64,000 nucleotides of DNA from Schizochytrium sp. TIO01 (taxonomy: Eukaryota > Protista > Bigyra: Labyrinthulomycetes): the NCBI GenBank assembly GCA_004764695.1, contig SMSO01000032.1, positions 4,930,483-4,994,482 of the forward strand, in the 5' to 3' direction. The notes under the pieces are model-generated. The model ran no database searches. It saw only the letters and a list, made by a program, of their open reading frames with translations, and was not told the origin of the DNA. Below are positions 1 through 12,500 of this stretch, piece after piece. The position numbers were made by a program, and so were the translations under genes. Numbering within the stretch: the stretch's first letter is position 1; each line of letters opens with the position of its first letter.

Positions 1-825
1 AAAAGAGGGGAAACAAAACAAAACAAAAAAAACGTCAGTTAGAGAGTCCGGAAGCAATTTGAGCGAGGGCAAATATTTTCGGAATGCTCATAAAAATGCT
101 GTTGAAGCCCCCTCAAAAGAAGCTCCTGCGTACCTCTGAACGAAGCAGGAGGAGAATTTTCTGCCTGTTTGCTTTTTGTGCATGCGACACCCGAAAGGAA
201 AACTAGCTCTTCTAGTTTGTGCAACACTGTGCGAATGACGAAACTTTTTGTTACCTTCAAAAAACGTTTTTTTCGAAGCACCAGAAGGAAATTTTTTGGA
301 AAGCAGTTTAGGGAAGTTATGTTATTTATCCTCTTGATAATCGACGACCTCCTTTTAATTTAAATAAAATATATTTATTTATTTAAACTTAAAAAACAAA
401 CAAACATAAAAACTCTCAACTCCTTGTCGTGACGTGAGGCGTTCTTTTCAGTAGGAGGTCCTACCGGCAGACTGTAAAAGCTTCCCTTACAAAGGCGCTC
501 ATGTAAAAAGAAGTCACAGTTCCTCGTGACAAAAGTTATTTTGAATTTTAATTTACTTATGTTATTATATATATATATATATATATACATATAAATGAAA
601 AACAGACTCTCTGCTTTCTTCCTCGTTGCTTTGCTTCTTCCTTTTAATACCGGCATCAGAATGAAAGAAAGCGGAAACAAGCATAGGACGTGGATAGGCC
701 CAGCTAGAGGAAACGTGGCACCTGAGACTCGTTTTTCTCTCTGTCTGCCTATCTGCCAGTTTCTTTTTCTTTCTTTCTTCTGTAGTGGTTGCTCCTATCA
801 TTAGAGTGGGAGAAAAGGTTCTTTA

Positions 826-992
826 TTTGTTTGTTTGTTTGTTTGTTTGTTTGTTTGTTTGTTTGTTTGTTTGTTTGTTTGTTTGTTTCTTTGTTTGTTT
901 GTTTGTTTGTTTGTTTGTTTCTTTGTTTGTTTGTTTCTTTGTTTCTTTGTTTGTCTTTTTGTCTTTGTGTCTCTTTGTCGCTTTGTTTGTTT
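826..992. repeat. (TTTG)n microsatellite, degenerate at its 3' end
   Basis: Direct reading; it explains the spurious FVCLFVCL ORFs here. Confidence 0.95.
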
Positions 993-1903
993 TTAGTTAA
1001 TTTCTCCGCAAAACATGACAGATTTCATAGTATTCGCGCACATTTCAAAACTCTATCACCCATTTGCAAGGGATCAATCGCTCGCGCCCGCGACGGCGAG
1101 CAAGCAAACAGCTAACGCCGCGCCGCCGGCTTGGCTCCCAGGCCACCCGCCCTAGCAAGAGTACATACAACAACAAGGAAAGACTAGTCTGCCTACAGCA
1201 GGTCTCGACCCTGAGCCGTCTGTTTGTAGCTCGGTGCTGCCGCAATCTCACGCCCGCCAATCGTGGAGGACGAAGAAAGGAGAAGGACCCACCAAGAGAT
1301 ACAAATAGCCGCGCGAGCTCCAAGCGTGTGAACTAGCCGACCAGCCGCTCCACGCGAGTGGAAGAGTAATACCTCGCAACGAGAGCAACTCGCTCGTGTT
1401 CTGTCTGCACTATAGGCCGGTGCTCTCTCCCCGCCTTCTTCTTTCTGTCTCTGGACCTGTGACGTTCTTTCTTGTACGTACTTTCCTTCGTTCAAACGAA
1501 CCCTAGCACCGACCTTAGTCGAAGGGCTAGGACCCGGAAGAAATCATTCGGCACCATCAACTAAAAGCCGTGTTTGAGCCGCCTTGCTAATCAAGGATTC
1601 AGGCCTCACGGACTTCTGTAGAACTCTGAGTCGTGCAATCAATCGCTCAAGTTATCATCACCGCAGCAAAAGCAGCAGCAGAAGCATCATTGAGTGAAAT
1701 ATATTTCATTCGCACTTGCAAACACCATTCTATCTATATATCTATCTATCTATATATCTCCATACATAATTGCCGGAGAAGGAGGCAGCAGGAAAGATTC
1801 GCAGCATATTATCCAAGCAACACGTACGCACACGCGAAAAAGCGCGAACAAAAAGCTCCTCCCAGATTCTCTCTAGAAAACGTCGTCCTCTAAAGATACC
1901 AAG

Positions 1904-4600
1904 ATGAACGCCGCTTTCGTGGACGCACATCTTTATACCAGGAGGTATCAGCGCAACAACAAGCGCAGTGGCCTCAAGAACCTCCGTTGCTTCCCCCTTT
2001 GCTCAGACGAGCATAAGCTTCGTGGCTTCTGTGGTCGACCGGTATACATCGAAGTGGACAACCCGGAGCACAAGCGTCTTCGAGTCTTTGGCGAGTTCGT
2101 CAAACTGCCTAACAAGGGTGATGCAGAACCTGGTCTGCACATCGGAGACATCGTCAACAAGACACAACTTACCGAAAACATGCGTACCAAAACTGAACAG
2201 TTCAACCCGTGGCTGGAAGGTGAGTCAGAAGATGGTGCCATCAATTCAGAGAGTAACCACGCTCGCTTTGTTATTAACAAAGCAAAGCGTGGCTGGCACT
2301 ACGGATGGGTTGCCAACAAGCACACCTGCGAAAGTGAACATGTGCTCCGTGCATATGTCCTCGAAGAAGTCACTGCTAGCAGCCTTCGTGTCATCATGAC
2401 CCATGACACCCCTTCATTCACCCTTTTTTGCAGACGTCGCCAGCGCCAGAACCTTGACCGTCTCCCGGCCCAGCTCAAGATGCAGCTCGAGCTCCAGGAC
2501 GAGAGCAAGCGCCTGCACAAGGCAATTCCAAAGTCAATCCCTGTTGCCAAGGACCGCCCACTAGAACTCATCAGCCCCGTTCTTTCCATGGAGAAAATGA
2601 CCATGCTTACCGCCAAGCAGCAGCAACAACAGATTCCATATGGCGGCATCTTGCCCAAGAAACGTTCCTCCGATGGGATGATGGGCACCACCAACGGATT
2701 AATCCCTCCCCCTCCATCGACATTGCGCATTATCAAGCGAGCTCGTACCACAGAGGAAGACCCACTCTTCACAGATGATTACGATATTAGCGTCATCGGA
2801 CCTGACCCCGACAATGTCTTTGAAAACATGATCAAATGTGAGGACCCCGGCATGCCCCATGATGTTCCTTCTGTACCCTCACCAGTCATGGGCAACAACC
2901 ACTCAAGTGGACTCATGCTTGACATGGATGCCCTCACCAAGCCCATTGCTCGTAGCAACAACAGGCCAACATCGGGTCATGGTCTCCCCGCAGCACCTGG
3001 ATCGCCGGTAGGTGTTGTAGTGCCCCCCACTACGCTCGAACAGCGTCGAACGCTTTTGTATCATGTCCTTCGCAGTCTCCTCCGTCTGGACATCAAAAGC
3101 TGCGTACCCCTTGGCCAGCTTGCCGCAGAGAACAACAACATTCTGCTAGGCAATGATGCCGCATCGGTCGCTTCCGTGGACGATTTCAGCAAATCTATCT
3201 CAGATTGCATGGACTTCTTCAGCAGCAACAGCAGCAGTATGAGCGACGATGCAGATGGAAGTACCCTGCAAGGCTCTGCAGATTACGGCAGCATTGGTGG
3301 AGACCTTGCTAGTCTCAATGATTTCCAGCCCTTCGATCTTGACTTCAGCGTGCTTGACCATGCCGAAGCTGAGTCTGGCAGCTCACTCAAGTTTGTGGAC
3401 ATCATGAAGGACTTTGCCTACTTCCTCATTGACGAGCAAGACTTCACCTCTACTATCAAGTCAGCTCTTTGTGGAGCAAGTCTCGACTGCGACTCCTCAT
3501 CCCATTCCTCCCTGGCACTCTCAATCTTGTTGGATTTGCTATGCAAATTTCTCATGCGTTACCGCATCAGCATCGATGAGCTCTATTTCTTGTTCAAGAC
3601 CCAGGTCTGGGACTTTAAAGACGGAGCAAACAATGGTACCGCAGTTAACAACAAAGGCATTTCTCTCTCATGGAACGGCGCTGCAGCAGACCCTATGCGC
3701 CCCTCTGCCGAGGCCGAGCGCAGCTTCAATGCTAACATCATGCACTACACGAACACGTTCAAAACCATGGCTGCAACCGCTGCACGAACGGCTCAGCGCT
3801 CAGCTAGCGTAAATGGTAACCGCCACCAGCAAAAGTACGGCGAGCACCAGAGCCCTCGTTCTGTATTTGATCTTGACAACACTGCTGCAAATAGTCCATA
3901 CGGTAACAATACTCCTAGAACTGATATCTTTGGACCCATGATGCCACCTATCGGACCCAAGGACTGTGAGGCTGAGATGCTCCTCTCACTAAGCAATCAG
4001 CTTGCCTTTGTGCCTAACCAAGACCCTCGCAATGACTTTACCGGCGAGTACATCCGCCCGCCCGAAACCCTCAATGTCCTCGAGAGCATCCGTGAGGCTA
4101 TGGGTGTTCCCTTTATCCTGCGCCGTATGGTTCGCCACATGGAGACCTATGTGAAGATCACTCACTGCCCGGGTGCCATCGATACACAGAGTTATGCTAA
4201 GCTCTTCTCTTCAGGATTTCAACGCTATATTCTTGATGGAAAGGAGCACCGCTGGGATGTCCCACCTCCTCTGCCTATGGAGCGCCCTCAAACCCATGCT
4301 ACCTACATTGCCACATTAAAGGATGGCTGCTTGGCGATTTGCATCAAGTACTCGAAGCGCAAGCGGCTGATTCGCGAGTCCCGCAAATCCCCTTGCGGCA
4401 CCCGCCTCGACTCAGTTGTGCGCTTTCAGTTTCGCGACGACACGAACAGCCCATGGATCACCAAGCTGTGCTCCAAGACCTGTGCAATTGAAAAGTCAAT
4501 GTATGAAGACCGTGAGTCTGTCGGAGCCAAGGAATCTGCTGGTGATGACCTTGTTTCCTGGCTCCCCACCCCGTGCGAGTTCTCCATGAGCCTGTACTGA
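1904..4600 (+). CDS. 898-aa putative transcription regulator: N-terminal Cys/His-containing candidate DNA-binding domain, low-complexity linker, C-terminal FABP/lipocalin-like domain
   Basis: Long ATG-started ORF with coding-like codon bias, so the CDS is well supported. The N-terminus reads YQRNNKRSGLKNLRCFPLC..H...GFCG...GWHYGW..NKHTC...H....PSFTLFCRRR. There is an NLS-like PKKR/IIKRAR. The C-terminal DFTGEY...LESIREAMGVPFILRRMV resembles the FABP start (F.G.W...F..A.GV....RK). Function is inferred. Confidence 0.85.
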   Translation: MNAAFVDAHLYTRRYQRNNKRSGLKNLRCFPLCSDEHKLRGFCGRPVYIEVDNPEHKRLRVFGEFVKLPNKGDAEPGLHIGDIVNKTQLTENMRTKTEQFNPWLEGESEDGAINSESNHARFVINKAKRGWHYGWVANKHTCESEHVLRAYVLEEVTASSLRVIMTHDTPSFTLFCRRRQRQNLDRLPAQLKMQLELQDESKRLHKAIPKSIPVAKDRPLELISPVLSMEKMTMLTAKQQQQQIPYGGILPKKRSSDGMMGTTNGLIPPPPSTLRIIKRARTTEEDPLFTDDYDISVIGPDPDNVFENMIKCEDPGMPHDVPSVPSPVMGNNHSSGLMLDMDALTKPIARSNNRPTSGHGLPAAPGSPVGVVVPPTTLEQRRTLLYHVLRSLLRLDIKSCVPLGQLAAENNNILLGNDAASVASVDDFSKSISDCMDFFSSNSSSMSDDADGSTLQGSADYGSIGGDLASLNDFQPFDLDFSVLDHAEAESGSSLKFVDIMKDFAYFLIDEQDFTSTIKSALCGASLDCDSSSHSSLALSILLDLLCKFLMRYRISIDELYFLFKTQVWDFKDGANNGTAVNNKGISLSWNGAAADPMRPSAEAERSFNANIMHYTNTFKTMAATAARTAQRSASVNGNRHQQKYGEHQSPRSVFDLDNTAANSPYGNNTPRTDIFGPMMPPIGPKDCEAEMLLSLSNQLAFVPNQDPRNDFTGEYIRPPETLNVLESIREAMGVPFILRRMVRHMETYVKITHCPGAIDTQSYAKLFSSGFQRYILDGKEHRWDVPPPLPMERPQTHATYIATLKDGCLAICIKYSKRKRLIRESRKSPCGTRLDSVVRFQFRDDTNSPWITKLCSKTCAIEKSMYEDRESVGAKESAGDDLVSWLPTPCEFSMSLY

Positions 4601-4876
4601 TTTCATTACTTTCTTACCACACCGAAAACCACACTTTTCTTTCATCTTGAAACCGACCTGCCAACGACATGCCATCATCGAGGTTTCGTCTTCGCTTCAT
4701 CTTTTGGATCTCCCTCAGCTATTGTAGCTATGTAGCGTTGACCTTGGAACAAAGATTGAAACTTCTGCTGGCATGTCTTTTTGATTGTCTGACTGAATAA
4801 AACTCGAATCTACCGGATCTCATGCCCCTCTTCATGAGGAACTACCTGGCCACTGCAGCCAGCCATTGACATCAAC

Positions 4877-4877
<1 letters not shown>

Positions 4878-4907
<30 letters not shown>
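4878..4907. repeat. (CAA)n microsatellite downstream of the first gene
   Basis: Direct reading. Confidence 0.9.
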
Positions 4908-4909
<2 letters not shown>

Positions 4910-6993
4910 ACATATCTACACTACTTTTCCGTACTTATCAAAGCGGATGAATTATGCCATCATGAGCAAGTGCTGACTCTGCTCAAGAACCCCCCTTTTC
5001 GAAACATTTCACGTATCTATGACCGGCGTCTGTGCCTTCACCCCTTTTTCTTTTATATTTTTCTTTATCCTTTCATTTATATTTTCGCTCTCTTGAACTT
5101 TTCGATATTTGATCTATATGGAGTATTCACCAACAGGATTGTCTTTTTGGCGCACGCAGTCCTGAGCAAATAAAAAGACACCTGTCATGATGAATAAAAA
5201 CGTTTTAGTAGCAATTTTTTTTCAATGTCTCCTCGAAGTCTCAAAAGACACGAATTCTATATTCTCCTTTTTTGATATAATACACCTGTACGCAACTCTC
5301 CTAGAAGGAAAGGCAAATGATATTCTTCGCACGCTCAAAGTTTCATAAAACAGAGTCAAAAGGTTGGACAGGCGAACGGCTATTCTTCTTTTTCTCCCTC
5401 TATTTTGCGTTTGATCAATAAATGTTGCCAAACTATCCATTATTGGTATTCATTCATACCAGAAAAAAGAAATAAAGAACAGGAGCGCCTCATTTGTAGG
5501 GAGCAAACTATAAATCTCTCTGAGTTAGTCCTTTCGCAGCTGCTGAAATGGATTAAGTCGGTCAGTCAGGGTTGACTCTAACCTACCTTTTTATGTTCTT
5601 CTTCTTATTATTATTTAACTACCTAGGTACAAGAGCTTCCTCAGAGAATGGGCTACGGGCGGAAATAATGGAGTGCCTAACAGACAGTTTCGAGCTCCCC
5701 AAGAAATAGTTTTACCCCGACTGCTTGCGCAGATCTTGGTCCTGTTGCATCCCCAACCCTTCCCTCCTCCCGCAACAAGGAATGATAGAACACAGGGCTA
5801 CAGAGCGAGCACAATGTTTTGTCCGACAAGAAAGTTTGTAAACATAGATAAACTCCAATTGCTTGACCATTCTGCCCCACACAGCTTGTTTGTTGCAAAG
5901 ACGTCGTCCCTGGCATTAAGAGTTGATACTGAACGTCGTGAACCTCCCCAGCAAAAACCGTGGTGTGGTATGTAAAATCCTAGGAATGAGACAAACCAAG
6001 TATAGCTTTTGTTGGCAGGGGACAGCGTGTGTAAATATGTAGTTGAGAACCACGCTCTTGGAGAGCAAAATGTCAGACAACAGAAAGAATTTTTTACTGG
6101 AGCAGGAAGATTTAAATCTGAAGTTGTAAACTCGTGCTCGAGAAAATAAGTTGTTGAATAATAATTTATCTTGTTCAGGATGATGTATCGACGTCCCCGA
6201 CATAGTCAAAGATCAGAGTAACTATTTGTATCGGAGCGCGTTGATCCAGTTGAAGACATCTACCGCTTTATACCCTGGGGAAAGAACAGTAAGGTGGAAA
6301 TAAGCATGCGCAGTACACCCAGGAAAGGATTAACAGATTTAACATTCTATTCTACATATATAATTTTTAGTATAATGGACAACATTTGTCACTTTATGAT
6401 ATGTGCGTGTTGACTCTTGAAAAGAAGAAAGACAAATTCACGTATCCACAGGTGCAAGTTTCCCTAGTATTTAATTTTTGTCTTGATATGAGCAGGTTTA
6501 ATTGTTGGCACGACTTCATCTAGTCATTTCTTTTCCCTTAGAGGATAGATCATCGAAAGACCGCCTCAAATAAACATAAGAACTGAACTAGAAGAGGTCA
6601 AGTGCAACCTCGAATTTCTACGAATGTAATCCAGAGAATAATTTGAAAGGAACACCATGGAAAAAAAGGTGCTATTTGACTGATATAGCCAGCGTTGCAT
6701 TAGTTTGAGTACAGTTGAACACCTTGAAAAGGTCTGCCTTGCGGAACCACTCATTTGGGAGTAACTTGCTTGAGCTGGTAAGTCTAGCATGCAACGCAAG
6801 TTGTTCTACGAATTTATTAGCTTGTTGTTGGGTAGGGGCCTTCATCTCTTCCTTCACAATTTCTGTCTGTTTAAAAGTATGCATACATAGTACACCACAT
6901 GTGTGGATCCAATATGGACAAACAAGGAGACTCAAAGAACTGCCCCGCGACTCAACTTTGCTCTCCAAAGTAAAAATCCTTCAGAGTAGTTTT

Positions 6994-9543
6994 TCACTTT
7001 GCTTTAACCGCGCTGTGAATAGCCTCAAGCAAAACGTCTCGTTTGACAGGTTTGATCAAGTAGCTATCACAACCAGCTTCAAGGCAAGCATCCAGCTCTC
7101 GTGCCAAAGTAAAGGCGGTAAGAGCTAAAACCGGAAGTCGAGGAGCGCAATTTTCGTCCTCCCATGCCCGGATGTGTTGAGTCGCAGTGAACCCATCCAT
7201 AACGGGCATCTGCAGGTCCATCAGGACAATGTCGAAGGACCCTGGATCACTCTTTGTGAAAAGTTCTACGGCCTCGTGACCATTCTTGGCAAGACTAACA
7301 TGCATGCGCGCGCTCTCAAGAAATTTTGTCATAATCACCTGGATAAGAGGCGTATCCTCTACGAGCAGTACACGGGTGTCTTGAAGGGCTTCCACAGAGA
7401 GCGCTGTGCGGCTTGAATTCTTAAAGCTCGTACGCTTTTCGCTAAGTGAAGCATTTTGCTCAAGCTTCCAGATGGACGGTGCGATAGGCACATGTGAAGT
7501 CGTTGCTTGTAAAAGTTGAAAAGGCTCTGACAGTTGTAGAGGAAGGTGAACCGTAAAGCAACTTCCATGATCCACCTCGGACTGCACTTTGACAGAACCG
7601 CCCATAATATCGAGAAGCCGCTTGCAAACAGGAAGACCAAGCCCCGTACCACTTGATGTACGCGAAAACGAATCATCAGCCATTTCGAACGGCTCAAAGA
7701 TACGGGCGAGGTGTTTAGTGTCGATTCCAACACCAAAGTCTTGGATCTGAACCACAAGTTCGTGGAACGGTTGCTTGCGGGTCGATGATGGTTCACGATC
7801 TTCAGGAGTTGACATGATCTGCGACACTGGCACAGAAATGGTTTCGAGTTTATTAATATCTAGTCCTGAGGCTGTGGCGACATCACTGTGCCAAACGCCA
7901 GAAACATTGATGAGAACGTCGCCATGGGGATTAGAGAACTTCACAGCGTTATCGAGCACCTTGAAGAAAACTTGAACAAGGCGATTTTTGTCACCAAAGA
8001 TATGGGATGGGACACCACGACCAATTTGCAAAGAGACACTAATATCGTTATCAACTGCGTTGTATCGCACGAGGTAGTCCAGCTCAGAAAAAATATCAGC
8101 AATCGAGATTTTCTCCTTAGTAAGCTGCACATCGCCGGTCCCCAATTTTGTCATATCAATGATGTTACCGAGCATTTGAATCAGATGTTCTCCAGAGCGT
8201 GCAACACTGCGCACAAGAGTTGCTTGTTTAGGACTAAGTGCTGTATCCAGAAGCACATCCATCGATCCTAATATAGAAACTAGCGGAGTCCGGAGCTCAT
8301 GAGTGATCATAGAAAGAAAAGTAGATTTAACCCGTTCCGTTTCGGCCACACTGAGGCGACCCTGCGTAAGCTCTCTGTCTAGCACCATTCGGTCGGAGAT
8401 CTCCATGCCTATAAATGTAAATCGAATTGGGTTCTTAGTTGTAGACATGCTCTTGCGGCCTGCGGATTCGTCTTGCGGTTGCTCATCACATTCCATAGCT
8501 GTAAAATTTGAGGAAGATTGAGAACTAAAAGAAGACGATGGCGACGGCTGTAGGTTGTATTGATTCTGCATCGCGGCAAACACGGACGATGCGCACACAG
8601 CGCCATTACAATTGGAGGCAAATGGAAATTTTGAGTTATGTGACGACGATGACGAAGAAGACAAGGTTGGCGGAGGTGTCTTAAATGGTCTACCGTGAAC
8701 TTCAAACATACGAGTACCTGAAGGCCCGCAATCTACCACAAGGCGAAGCTCCGTGTCGGTGTCTGCAGCAATAGCACGAAGCATGCACGCTGCTTCCGGC
8801 TTGCCTGCGAACAGCCGTGCTGCGGGTATGCCAATGAGGGTTGCAGCGTCGCTCACACCCATGAGCGACGCAAACGTGCGGTTGGAATAAGAGACGTTTC
8901 CATCAGCATCCACGCAGCATGCCAATATATCTTCTCGCTCCGCAAGGATATCAGCGCAAGATACCATTGCGGCTTGAGCACGAATTCCTTCATCGTCCCC
9001 AATCGTACTGCGTCTGCCTACCGAGTAATACCAGCTCTCACCATCTATCTCTCCTACAAAGGATTCCTCCCATCTCCAATTATTGCTGGTGTGTGCTTGG
9101 TGGTGGTTCATGCGGCTTTGCTGTCCTGGTATATGATCTTGATGATTCTGCTGCTGGTGCTGGTGCTGGTGGTGGAAACCTCCAAACTGCTGACCGTTCG
9201 TTTGAGAATACTGGCTACCGAAGTTATGTGAACTGGGGCCTCGTAGAATAGATTTAACACTTCCCGAGCGGCGTTTCTTTGCTAATGGAGGCCAGCCCAT
9301 CGCGCGAAGCCCGTCTCCACGTTTCAGACCAGCTGGCGCCAGAGTCCAAAAGGCGCGATTACCATGTAAAATCTCCCGTCCTTCGCCACGGTACACCACA
9401 AGCGGCTCACCATTTAGTGCAGGAGCTTCGTCCAAAACACGGCACAAGACATCTCTTTCTGCAAGTGCCCTCCTTAGAGCAATCGTAGCTGCAAAGCCTT
9501 CTGCTTCAAAAGCGTTGCTCGCAGCCGCAGGCAATCTATCCAT
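6994..9543 (-). CDS. Hybrid sensor histidine kinase 1 (PAS-like, PAS, HisKA, HATPase_c, receiver)
   Basis: H-box FLSMITHELRTPL, N-box DNAVKFS, G1 QDFGVGI, G2 GTGLGL. Receiver VLLVEDT...DIVLMDLQMPVMDG...KP. PAS motif VDADGNVSYSNRTF. Start taken as the first ATG (9543); there is an in-frame stop at 9583-9585. Confidence 0.95.
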   Translation of the reverse strand: MDRLPAAASNAFEAEGFAATIALRRALAERDVLCRVLDEAPALNGEPLVVYRGEGREILHGNRAFWTLAPAGLKRGDGLRAMGWPPLAKKRRSGSVKSILRGPSSHNFGSQYSQTNGQQFGGFHHQHQHQQQNHQDHIPGQQSRMNHHQAHTSNNWRWEESFVGEIDGESWYYSVGRRSTIGDDEGIRAQAAMVSCADILAEREDILACCVDADGNVSYSNRTFASLMGVSDAATLIGIPAARLFAGKPEAACMLRAIAADTDTELRLVVDCGPSGTRMFEVHGRPFKTPPPTLSSSSSSSHNSKFPFASNCNGAVCASSVFAAMQNQYNLQPSPSSSFSSQSSSNFTAMECDEQPQDESAGRKSMSTTKNPIRFTFIGMEISDRMVLDRELTQGRLSVAETERVKSTFLSMITHELRTPLVSILGSMDVLLDTALSPKQATLVRSVARSGEHLIQMLGNIIDMTKLGTGDVQLTKEKISIADIFSELDYLVRYNAVDNDISVSLQIGRGVPSHIFGDKNRLVQVFFKVLDNAVKFSNPHGDVLINVSGVWHSDVATASGLDINKLETISVPVSQIMSTPEDREPSSTRKQPFHELVVQIQDFGVGIDTKHLARIFEPFEMADDSFSRTSSGTGLGLPVCKRLLDIMGGSVKVQSEVDHGSCFTVHLPLQLSEPFQLLQATTSHVPIAPSIWKLEQNASLSEKRTSFKNSSRTALSVEALQDTRVLLVEDTPLIQVIMTKFLESARMHVSLAKNGHEAVELFTKSDPGSFDIVLMDLQMPVMDGFTATQHIRAWEDENCAPRLPVLALTAFTLARELDACLEAGCDSYLIKPVKRDVLLEAIHSAVKAK

Positions 9544-12500
9544 GGCGCCCAGACGGGCTTCAGCTCGTACCACAAAGCAGAATCACCTCTTCAGAAACCA
9601 CTTGCAGGCTCAGCCCGTTGCGTATCTGAAGTTCTTGTCCACCCAGCAATGTCCGCAGCAAGCCCTCGTGCCCGAGACGCCTTCTTCGTCACGCCGAGCT
9701 CCAAGCGCGTGTACAGCACAGCGTACCTCTTTAGAACACCTCCTTAGCAAGTAGCAGAGAGCTGCTGTTCTTGTTCTTCGCAGAGGACTCTTTTCTTATG
9801 GGAAAAGAGGGATCCAAAAGTTCCCGTTCTCTTTTCTCTTCCTCTGTAATATTAGCTTGGAAATACCCTCGTGCCCTTTTGCTTGATCAGGCTCTTTCTT
9901 CGATGGACGGTGGCGCTATAAATATATTTACGCATGCACAGGAGCTGCAGAGCCCTCGGCCCGCTGCTCCTCGTGGACCGGCGGTCCCCCGGCCGTCTTG
10001 GCTAGCCACAAGTCAGGCGCCGTCGAGGACCAGGGTGATTGAAGGAAACGAAAGAGAGATGTCAAAACTAGAAACCAGAAAAAGAAACAAAGATAAAAAA
10101 AGCTAAAGCCGCACCAGATCGACGACTCGTGGGGTTGCCGCACTCCTTCTCTCCGCCCCAGTGCCCGGCTCTGGAGACCCCGTGTACCGCCTCGAACGCC
10201 GCAGAGCCCAGGCAGCGATGAGACGTTGGCGGCGAGGTCGGGAAGAAGGACCACGAGAACGTGATTATGGATCGATTGATTGACTCAGTGTTTGGAGTTT
10301 GCTCTTCGATGCCTCGAGAGTGGTCCTGCAATACTAAACCCGTATTCAACTCTCAGGCGCAAAAACTTTTAGAGCTTTGCTGGTCCTAGTAGTCCCATAT
10401 ACCCTCACTACTACTGTGCCTGCTTCTCTGTCTTTCAGGCTTCCTATGGGAAAACATAGAACCCCCACTTACTTTTTACTTTAAAGAAAGTTTTACTTTA
10501 GTGATTGCTTTCAAAAAGCAATTTCATTCAAGTTTACAAAAACTTCTTTTTCACGATGAATGTGGAACACCGTTCTTCTTGCTCACGGACTCGAAGAAAG
10601 AACGGTGTTTCTGCCCCTCCTTTTTGTGCTCTTCGTTTCTTTTTAGTGTGAGAACTAATAGGGGAGAAAGGAGGAGGACACCATTGTGGAAAAGAACGGA
10701 GTGGACTCAGTGGGAAAGAGTGCCTTTGAGAACAGGCGATTGAGGGAACCAAGACAGCAGCAGAGCTCTGTGGCGAGAGTAGTTTGGCAGCGACGAAGGC
10801 GATGAGACTTTCGTGTAGATAAATCAGCTTCGAGCACTGGCAGTATGTGAGTTTTGGGCAACGCGCCTTGGGAAGACGGTCAGCGAGGGTTGAGATTATG
10901 TAATGGTGCATAAAAGGTGTTCTTTTTATCTAGATGCAGTAATACAAAGTGCTTACTTAGTATCTCAGGAATACTAGGTATGTTGGTATATAGCTAAACT
11001 AGAGTAGGTAGGTTATTTTTTAGGTTGTTTCTACAATCTTACTCGTGGTGGAAAATTATATGGAGGTGGGTAGCCAACATATGTTTCGTTGTTGAAGCTC
11101 TCGGCAATAGCCGATCCAATCGTACCAAAAATGGCACAGAAATCGAGGAGGTGACTCATCTACTATGACTCCTTGTAAGCAGAGTTAGCAAAAGATCAAC
11201 TGACTCATGCATGTTCTTTTCTAGTATTATCTTTGTAGGCCCTTACCATATTCACATGGTTGGTCAGGATTCTAAATCAACTTCTTCTTTCCTTTTATAA
11301 ACTAAAAATCCCAAGCGAGCTTTTCATTCTGAAATTGAAAGCTCGACGAGTCAATATGACGAAAGAGTAAGCATCAGGTTTTCTGCTTTAATAGTATAGA
11401 AAACCATAATTCTGAAAAAAAGAAGATGTAAGCTCAAATGAAAGCCTGTTTACCATGGTTCATTACTATACAGAATCAGGTAGAAAGAGGTTCATTTTGA
11501 TGCATACATTGGACCTCGAACGCTAATTAACTCACCCAGTGTCAGAAGGTCGTAAACAAACATGGGATGCATGGTTTGAAAAGATATTAAATTTCGACTT
11601 TACTTGTACGCACAATTCCCAATTTGTTTGTGCAAACGAAGAAGATACAACCTTACTAGAAATGCAAGAACCTCGATGAATCGCGCTTGGCCGAACGAAG
11701 ATAGAGAATACTCGAGGATGTGAACATTATACAATTTGGGGCACATTGTATAGTTCTTGTAATATACTGTTCATACAATTGTACTGAAGAAGGTTCAATA
11801 AATCTATAGAATACTACTAGAACACGTGAAAACGAATACCGCGCTTTTAAACTACAGCCAAAGACTGTGCTTGAATGTATTTTGTAAGGACATGTTTAAG
11901 TAAAGCTCGGGCCTACTTGTGTATTCGTTGCAGTCCCACGAAGAAGTCTGAAGCGGGTCCAGGTAAGGCTCAGGCTCAGAAAAGGTATGGCGTATGATAT
12001 CACGTAAATGAAATCGATCTCTCACAGTGCTGACAGTCCAACTCGCCTTGATTAGAAGAAAAAAAAGGCTATCACCACCCCGAAGGGTAACACTTAAAGC
12101 ATGCAAAGCCGGCAAACCGACGACCCCTACCTGAGTTGATGTGGTGACGATTTCTTTTAAAGATACACTGAACCAGACATCCCATCACTGAGGCACATGC
12201 TTCCTTGCGGGAGTGCGTGCCCAGTCCCGAGTCTCGTTTGCTAGCCATTGGTAGTGAGGTGGATCAGCCTGGAATACTGCATGAGAGTTTAGAGGGAATA
12301 GTACTATTCTGCAGTTTCGTAGTCAGTCAAATGTAGCTTACGGTAACGACTACATCAACTCGCAATCGTCATCAACACATAGCAGTGTATTACTAATTTC
12401 TGAACACTCAGGCTATACACGTTTCTTCACCCGCGATACACAGCACAACATTTTCAGTGCTGTATTTTTACAGAGGAAATTTGCTTAGTGGATTCAATTG

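Noticed and set aside
595-1115. Hydrophobic ORFs (FVCLFVCL...) resembling membrane peptides; similar ones at 17382-17693, 24756-25219, 26760-27111 and 29399-29757
   Set aside because: They are translations of microsatellites, with no other coding signal.
5640-6300. Possible decayed gene on the minus strand (APIQIVTLIFDY, vaguely F-box-like)
   Set aside because: It is too short, has many stops and shows no supportable homology.
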